Of a stretch of DNA of 11,667 nucleotides, positions 5,417-11,667 are shown piece by piece. The position numbers and the translations under genes were made by a program. Source of the DNA: Candidatus Nanopusillus sp. (lineage in GTDB: Archaea; Nanobdellota; Nanobdellia; Nanobdellales; Nanobdellaceae). Below the pieces are notes generated by a model. That model did not search any database. It had not been told where the DNA came from and was given only the letters and a program-made list of their open reading frames with translations. Within the stretch, counting starts at the first letter, position 1. Each line of letters begins with the position of its first letter. The stretch is from NCBI GenBank assembly GCA_046536775.1, contig JAWDMD010000015.1, forward strand, positions 1 through 11,667, in the 5' to 3' direction.

Positions 5417-8400
5417 ATGACATCTAGAGATTCTAATTTAAATAATAATAACCAAGAAATAAAAGTTAATAGATTAAGAAAGATATTGTCTTGGGGTATA
5501 TTAACAGATATATTAATAATTATATTTATATTCTTATTTGCTTTAGGATCAAGAGGTTTATTAATTAGTTTCTTAGGAAACTATTCTTTAGTGGGGCCAG
5601 ACGCATATTTAATGTTTAAATATTTTGAATCTTTAGTATTTAATCATACAGTAAATAGTTTTACCTATAATTTAAATTATCCACTACCATTTTATTTGTA
5701 TAATAAAGATCTGGTATCATATTTAGCATTTTTAGCTTATTTGATGTTTCAAAATTTTGGTAATCAAATTATTGCATTATTAAATATTTTACAGATACAT
5801 CCAGCGTCAAATATTATCTTATGGTTGGCAGCAGACTTTACCAATGCATATGTGCCTGCAATTGCTTCAGTTATATTTTATTTCTTAGCAAAGAATATAT
5901 TAAAAGATAGGTATTTGGCACTTTTTTCTTCTATGATTTTTGCTATAAATCCTTTTTTGACAACAAGATTAATTTTATTTGATACTGAATTGGGAGCAAT
6001 TATCTTCTTAGTGTTATCTCTTTACCTTATAATTAAATATTTTAATGGGAAACCCGAAAATAATAGATATAAAAAATTATTCCTAATTCTTTATTCTATT
6101 ATTAGTTTAATAATATTTTATAAAACATCTTTATTATTAAATCCAGATCTATATTTAACAATTGAATTATTTATGTTTTTCTTTATCTTATTATTATTAT
6201 ATCCCATATTCAGAGGATCAAGAGCTTATTATTTAACATTATTAATATTTACTACTGCACTAACTAGAAAGGGATGGGGTGGATGGATAATAATACCAAT
6301 TGTTTTTGGTTTAACATTATTAATTAGATACTTTTATGATAGAGATTATAAAGATATATATTTCTACTTACCATATATTGGATTTACTGGAATATTGGAT
6401 AACTTATTAACACCTGGGGTTTTAGGAATTAATTTATTTTTAAGTTATCACAATCTATTTTTAGAACTTTCAATGATCCTAATATTTTTGTATGAAATAT
6501 TTAAAGATAATAAAATATTAGAAAGAATTACTGAAAATAGAATATTCACTATAAAAAGATATATTAAAGATGATAAATTACTAAAAAAAGCTACAATATT
6601 CCTATTAATCTTTATCATATCTCTGCCATTCTTAATCGATAAATTAATTACATCCTTCTTATATAATCCGTTTACATATAATAGAATGGGTTCTACAATT
6701 GCAGAATTTCAACCAACAACCGCGGGATATTATTTGGGTTTATTTGGACAAATAGGAGTAATATTAACTTATCTTGGTTTAGGATATTTAATATTTGATA
6801 GAAATAAATCCAAAAACTTTTTAATATCTCAATTCTTATTTATATTTATATTAACTATATCAGAATTACTTATTGGTCCATCTATATATATTTTAATATT
6901 CTATTTATTAATATATTCTATATTTATAATATCTTATAATAAAGAAAACAATAAATATAATTTAGTAAAAACAATATTTGAGACATTCACATTATCACTA
7001 GCCATTCAATTTGTAATATTTTCAGATTTAGTAATTAATGGTATATTTGTAAGTATATTTATATCTTGGATTACTTTTTTCATTTTAGCAGTCTATATTT
7101 CATTATTTAATAGAAATCTAAGTGATGAAGAAATCTTTGTATTATCATTATCATTTATGGCACTTATCGTAGGAAAATATATATATGAATTGGTTTATTA
7201 TAACGGTTTAGTCTTTCCATTATTATATATATTTGGCATAGAAATATTCAATTTATTTAGGGATGAATTTTCAAAACTAAAAAATATTATAAAAGAAAAT
7301 CTGACATTAATATTACTACTAATTTCATCTATTTCTGGAATATCTCTATTTATATCAACAAATGTATTCTTATTCCTAATTCCACTTATATTTTTAGCAA
7401 TATATATTCTATATGAATATATATTAGATAAATATTTAGATTTATTTAATTTATTTAAATATAGCTTAATTCTATTTACAATATTTGGTCCTTTATTTGC
7501 TATAAGCAATAAAATTTATGGATATCCTGGATATATAGCTAACTATTTTTCAAGTGCCGTTTCAGATGGAACTCCTAGTTATGAAATAAATACTTTCTTA
7601 TGGATAAATCAAAATACCCCACAAAATTCTATTATAAATTCTTGGTGGGATTATGGATATTATATTTATGTATTAGGAAATAGAACTGCATGGATAAATG
7701 GTGCAAATTCATACCCATATTGGAATCATTTAATGGGTAGATATGGACTATCTTCAGACAATATAACACAAACATTACAATTGTTCTATGTACATGCAGA
7801 TTATAATTATCAAACATTTAAAACATTAGAATTATTCAATGAAGATTCTATATTTTATAATTATCTGTATAATTATTTAGGATTTAATAAAAGTGAGGTA
7901 AATAAAATTGAAAAATTAAAGGATTCTTTGGGATACAAAAATTGGATAAACCTATTATATCAGTTTAACGGATCTCCAGAATCAATTTCATCATATAATC
8001 TATCTCAACAAGATATAGAACTATTAGAAAAATTGTATAATATGAATTATTTAAAACCAACATACTTATATATAGATCCTACAGATATAGGAAAATCTTT
8101 TGCTTTCCAATTTTTAGGATCAAATGAAAGTTATGATAAAGAATCATGGATATCTCAATTTACATCTGGAATAACAACAAATCCAGGACTAACAATACCT
8201 TCAGTATATTATGATGGATATTATATATTTGCAACAAATAATAGTCTATTCTATTTTGGCCAAGAACCACTAGATCAGGATTTGAATATTAATGGAACAA
8301 TAATAAATAGATGTATATACGCACAAAACTTGGGTATAATTAACCAAAATAGTTGTGGAATAATAACAGGAGTCCAATTATTATTTAATCAATCTATAGT

Positions 8401-8944
8401 AGAAAGATCTGGAATATATCAATCATTAAATATAGACAACATTAATCCAAATAATTTAATGGGAGCATATGTATATATATATTATCCATTAAATAATCAA
8501 CAATATACACTCTCATTAAAATATGTATACATAGATGGACAATTAGTTACATTTAATAATTCTCAATATGGTGGATTATTATACATATCTCCAGCCTATT
8601 CATTATTACAACAACAAAATCCTTTGGGATCATTCTTATATGCATATTTTATATCACAAAAAGCTACCCAATATGATTGGGTACAATTATACTTCTTAGA
8701 TAACAATTATAATGGAACATTAAATCTTGTATTTTATTCAAATTTATTATATGGTCTTCCTTCAACAATATATTATGATATTCCTCCAGCAGAAGTATGG
8801 AAGATTAATTTCCCAGAGAACTTCACAGTTCCAGATTATTTATATTGTATCTATTTAGCAACAAATATCCAACAGATAAATGAATGTGGGGATATATATA
8901 AATTAGCCTATTATGAAAATATTAACAATTATTATGATGTATAG
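5417..8944 (+). CDS. aglB: Dolichyl-(pyro)phosphooligosaccharide-protein glycotransferase (archaeal oligosaccharyltransferase AglB, STT3 family), unusually long
   Basis: 1175-aa polytopic protein. WWDYGY is at residues 743-748 (nt 7643-7660). The EL5 TIAE (TIxE) motif is at 427-430 (nt 6695-6706). The first-loop acidic motif is GPDAY (D62), and the second acidic motif is LFDTELG. A large soluble C-terminal domain follows. Confidence 0.92.
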   Translation: MTSRDSNLNNNNQEIKVNRLRKILSWGILTDILIIIFIFLFALGSRGLLISFLGNYSLVGPDAYLMFKYFESLVFNHTVNSFTYNLNYPLPFYLYNKDLVSYLAFLAYLMFQNFGNQIIALLNILQIHPASNIILWLAADFTNAYVPAIASVIFYFLAKNILKDRYLALFSSMIFAINPFLTTRLILFDTELGAIIFLVLSLYLIIKYFNGKPENNRYKKLFLILYSIISLIIFYKTSLLLNPDLYLTIELFMFFFILLLLYPIFRGSRAYYLTLLIFTTALTRKGWGGWIIIPIVFGLTLLIRYFYDRDYKDIYFYLPYIGFTGILDNLLTPGVLGINLFLSYHNLFLELSMILIFLYEIFKDNKILERITENRIFTIKRYIKDDKLLKKATIFLLIFIISLPFLIDKLITSFLYNPFTYNRMGSTIAEFQPTTAGYYLGLFGQIGVILTYLGLGYLIFDRNKSKNFLISQFLFIFILTISELLIGPSIYILIFYLLIYSIFIISYNKENNKYNLVKTIFETFTLSLAIQFVIFSDLVINGIFVSIFISWITFFILAVYISLFNRNLSDEEIFVLSLSFMALIVGKYIYELVYYNGLVFPLLYIFGIEIFNLFRDEFSKLKNIIKENLTLILLLISSISGISLFISTNVFLFLIPLIFLAIYILYEYILDKYLDLFNLFKYSLILFTIFGPLFAISNKIYGYPGYIANYFSSAVSDGTPSYEINTFLWINQNTPQNSIINSWWDYGYYIYVLGNRTAWINGANSYPYWNHLMGRYGLSSDNITQTLQLFYVHADYNYQTFKTLELFNEDSIFYNYLYNYLGFNKSEVNKIEKLKDSLGYKNWINLLYQFNGSPESISSYNLSQQDIELLEKLYNMNYLKPTYLYIDPTDIGKSFAFQFLGSNESYDKESWISQFTSGITTNPGLTIPSVYYDGYYIFATNNSLFYFGQEPLDQDLNINGTIINRCIYAQNLGIINQNSCGIITGVQLLFNQSIVERSGIYQSLNIDNINPNNLMGAYVYIYYPLNNQQYTLSLKYVYIDGQLVTFNNSQYGGLLYISPAYSLLQQQNPLGSFLYAYFISQKATQYDWVQLYFLDNNYNGTLNLVFYSNLLYGLPSTIYYDIPPAEVWKINFPENFTVPDYLYCIYLATNIQQINECGDIYKLAYYENINNYYDV

Positions 8945-9944
8945 CGAAATTTTAATTTCTATACTACCATTAATATTGTCTTTTTTTGTTTCGTATTATT
9001 TAATAAAAAAATGGATACCTATTGCCCATAGAGAAGGATATGTAGGAAAGGATATGAATAAGTATAATAAACCTGAAGTAGCAGAAATTGGTGGTTTATA
9101 TGCAATAATTGGTTCAATATTTGGAATATTATTATATATCGGACTAAAAGTATATATATTAGGAACTACACAAAATTTAGTGGAAGTATTTTCTATATTA
9201 ACACTATTATCATTAACTACAATACTTGGGTTATTTGATGATATATTAGGATGGAAAAGGGGAATGAAACCTTTGCAAAAAGTAATTCTATCATTTATAT
9301 TAGCACTACCATTAATGATAATATCTGCAGGTAACTCATATATTAACTTACCAATTATAGGAGAAGTAAATTTTGGGATATTATATCCACTATTAATAGT
9401 ACCAATTATAATAATGGGTGCATCAAATGCATTTAACATGATTGCTGGATATAATGGTCTAGAAGGGTCTATGGGTATTTTATTAATCGGTGCGGTTGGA
9501 TTATATTCATATTTAACTGGTAATTATTATTTAGCAGAGATATCATTAATAACAATATTTTCAATAATAGCTTTCCTAATATTTAATAGATATCCATCAA
9601 AAGTATTCCCTGGAAATGCATTTACATATGGTATTGGATCTCTATTCGGTGCAATAATAATATTAGGAAATCTTGAAAAATTTGGATTAATCTTATTTAC
9701 ATTATATTTCTTAGAATTAATATTATTCATAAGGGGCTTATTAAATCATGTATACAAAGAAAACTTTGGAATACCTGATGAAAATAATAATTTAAAGGAA
9801 CCATATGACAAAATATATAGTATTACCCATCTTGCAATTAGAATAAATAGAAAGATATTTAAGAAAGCAACAGAGAAAATGGTGGTATATACGATAATTT
9901 TACTACAAATAATAATAACATTAATTGCTTTTTTATATGGATAA
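8913..9944 (+). CDS. aglH: UDP-GlcNAc:dolichyl-phosphate GlcNAc-1-phosphate transferase (GT4 / MraY-WecA-GPT family, AglH-like)
   Basis: 343-aa polytopic protein with family motifs: GKDMNKYNKPEVAEIGGL, LFDDILGWKRG, ASNAFNMIAGYNGLEG, FPGNAFTYGIG. The start is uncertain. ATG 8913 overlaps aglB by 32 nt. In-frame ATGs at 8934 and 8937 (MMYSEIL...) would reduce the overlap to 11 or 8 nt. Confidence 0.85.
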   Translation: MKILTIIMMYSEILISILPLILSFFVSYYLIKKWIPIAHREGYVGKDMNKYNKPEVAEIGGLYAIIGSIFGILLYIGLKVYILGTTQNLVEVFSILTLLSLTTILGLFDDILGWKRGMKPLQKVILSFILALPLMIISAGNSYINLPIIGEVNFGILYPLLIVPIIIMGASNAFNMIAGYNGLEGSMGILLIGAVGLYSYLTGNYYLAEISLITIFSIIAFLIFNRYPSKVFPGNAFTYGIGSLFGAIIILGNLEKFGLILFTLYFLELILFIRGLLNHVYKENFGIPDENNNLKEPYDKIYSITHLAIRINRKIFKKATEKMVVYTIILLQIIITLIAFLYG

Positions 9945-11667
9945 TCTAATTTATATTTTTTTTAATAAAGATAAGAAAAAATTAGTTTATAATATTAAAA
10001 TATTATATAATTTTTGCCAAAAAAATAATTTAAACCTAATTTGTATAACTTATAAAGATTATAAAGATATAGCACTAAAAATAAAGGAAAATTATAATTT
10101 AACATTTTATTTATTGGAGAATAAAAAAGAAATTAGAAAATTAAAAATTGAAGGAGATAATATAATAATATACAATAATATAAATGAAAATATATATGAT
10201 ATATATAGAAAAAGAAAATTTAAAGATGGGTTTGTTGGTTTAATAAGAGAGAATTTTATATTTTTCCATTTAATAAATCCATATACAATATTTGGAAAAA
10301 ACATCAGAATATATGAAAATTTTTTATTAACATATTTAGGAAATAAAAAATTCTATATAGATGAAAAATATAAAATTAACAAATTTTTCTTAGAAGAATT
10401 GTTTATTAATTTAATAATATATTATGATAAAACAATTAAGACTTTTAATAAGATAATGAATTTAAAATATTTTGAAGATTATATACATGAAAAAATAGGA
10501 TTAATAATATACAAAACTATTACTTTCTTATTATTAGTAATTTTAGCTAGAATATTAACAGATACATTCTATGGAGCATATATATCAATATATAATTTTT
10601 TAGGATTGATTGCCGGAATAATAGGATCCTCAAATATAATATTAACAAAATATCTATCTGAATATAAAGATAATAAATATATTAAAATTGATATATATTT
10701 AAAAATTATTTTTTCAATATTTATGCTTCTAATTATTTTCTTATTTCCTAATTATTTCTTATCTACAACTTTCTATGGATATAATTTTTCAGATATATTG
10801 ATCATATATATAACTGCGATATTATTATCTTTAATTGGAGTTTATTTTTCGATATTTTATTCACGATTAAATATAAAATCTGCTAAAAATCTATATATAT
10901 TAGAGTCTTTATTTAAATTTATTTTCATAGTTTCTTTATCAATTATAATAAAAAATAGTGGTTTTATATTTGGTTTATTTTTAACATATCTTATTTTAAG
11001 TTTTGTTTATCTATATAAATTAAAGAAAACCAACATTAATTTTATATCAATATTAAAAGAAAAAATTAATTTTAATGATTTTAAAAAATATCTAAAAACC
11101 ACTATACTTATTAGTCTACCAGTAACTTTGTTGGGTTTATATTCTTCAATAGATATACTAATCCTAAGGACATTCACAGGCTATAATACGGTTGGAGAAT
11201 TTTATTCTGCATTAGTAATCATCTATACACTATCTGGAATATTTACTATAAATAATATAACATTACCAAGAATATTAAGATGGGAGAAAGAAAAAGTTAT
11301 TAGAAACATAAATAGATTGCTATTAATACAATTTCTAATTAATATTATATTAACTGGATTGATTATATTGATTGGGCCTTATATAATACTATTTATATTT
11401 GGAAAAAATTATCAATTATCCGCAAATATAATAAAATACCTTTCTATTATCTTAATAATAAGTTCATTTAATATATATACCTTAATATTGTATAGAAGAG
11501 ATATGGAAAGATATTATCCAATATATGCAATAACAACCGCCCTAATTTCAATAATTACAGATATTATATTAATATCAAACTTTAAACTATCTGGAGCAAT
11601 TGCTTCAGCAATATTAGCAAATGTATATATTGGATTAATAAGTTATATTATATATGAAACAAAATTC
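9937..11667 (+). CDS. Wzx/MOP-superfamily oligosaccharide flippase (polysaccharide biosynthesis protein) with ~170-aa N-terminal soluble extension; 3' end runs off the window
   Basis: Frame 1 has no stop from ATG 9937 to 11667 (577 codons, checked codon by codon through 10530). It is absent from the ORF track because it is open-ended. From ~10498 it is a typical flippase: GLIIYKTITFLLLVILARILTDTFYGAYISIYNFLGLIAGIIGSS..., many TM helices, ...FKLSGAIASAILANVYIGLISYIIY. The ATG overlaps the aglH stop by 8 nt (ATGGATAA). The next in-frame ATG is 10456, the position where a stand-alone flippase would normally start. Confidence 0.8.
   Translation, partial: MDNLIYIFFNKDKKKLVYNIKILYNFCQKNNLNLICITYKDYKDIALKIKENYNLTFYLLENKKEIRKLKIEGDNIIIYNNINENIYDIYRKRKFKDGFVGLIRENFIFFHLINPYTIFGKNIRIYENFLLTYLGNKKFYIDEKYKINKFFLEELFINLIIYYDKTIKTFNKIMNLKYFEDYIHEKIGLIIYKTITFLLLVILARILTDTFYGAYISIYNFLGLIAGIIGSSNIILTKYLSEYKDNKYIKIDIYLKIIFSIFMLLIIFLFPNYFLSTTFYGYNFSDILIIYITAILLSLIGVYFSIFYSRLNIKSAKNLYILESLFKFIFIVSLSIIIKNSGFIFGLFLTYLILSFVYLYKLKKTNINFISILKEKINFNDFKKYLKTTILISLPVTLLGLYSSIDILILRTFTGYNTVGEFYSALVIIYTLSGIFTINNITLPRILRWEKEKVIRNINRLLLIQFLINIILTGLIILIGPYIILFIFGKNYQLSANIIKYLSIILIISSFNIYTLILYRRDMERYYPIYAITTALISIITDIILISNFKLSGAIASAILANVYIGLISYIIYETKF

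Noticed and set aside
7198-7817. Two minus-strand ORFs (7198-7509 and 7632-7817) inside aglB
   Set aside because: They are antisense to the AglB TM region and the WWDYGY catalytic region. AglB reads through uninterrupted with conserved motifs.
8996-9730. Two minus-strand ORFs (8996-9439 and 9527-9730) inside aglH
   Set aside because: They are antisense to a gene with multiple GT4/MraY-family motifs, and the products have no recognisable features.
10107-10304. 65-aa minus-strand ORF, the only track ORF in the apparently empty 9945-11667 region
   Set aside because: The plus-strand frame 1 is open for 577 codons across it and continues into an obvious flippase, so the minus ORF is a shadow.
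1-11667. Scan for CRISPR arrays, tandem repeats, IS ends, C/D-box sRNAs and defence-type genes
   Set aside because: No regularly spaced repeats were seen. TGATGA-like strings (for example near 98 and 1920) lack a correctly spaced CTGA D box and lie inside coding regions. No nuclease, ATPase or integrase-like ORFs were seen.

Overview
Very AT-rich archaeal chromosomal window, roughly one quarter GC by eye (not computed). Proteins are rich in N, Y, I and K, and genes are tightly packed. I support 12 protein genes and 1 tRNA. From the left on the minus strand: the 5' part of a secreted DUF2341-like surface protein; a GC-rich tRNA-Lys(UUU); a pilin-like gene with a class-III-like signal; and a single-domain T2SSF (FlaJ/TadC/PilC-type) platform gene. 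This platform gene sits head-to-head with a second single-domain T2SSF gene on the plus strand. Next, on the minus strand, is the conserved archaeal rps28e-rpl24e-ndk cluster. rpl24e is 59 aa and absent from the supplied ORF track. An extra membrane-anchored protein gene overlaps the ndk 3' end. Diverging from rps28e is an N-glycosylation operon: a 1175-aa AglB oligosaccharyltransferase (WWDYGY, TIAE and GPDAY motifs), an AglH-type GlcNAc-1-phosphate transferase, and a Wzx/MOP-type flippase. The flippase frame is open from 9937 to the window edge, so it carries a ~170-aa N-terminal domain that the ORF track missed. The most unusual item is the type IV filament-like module: a split, divergently oriented platform pair, an extracytoplasmic beta-rich tail on one half, a coupled pilin-like gene, and no adjacent secretion ATPase. 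I saw no CRISPR array, IS element, integrase or recognisable defence genes. All family calls rest on motif recognition by eye; no searches were run.
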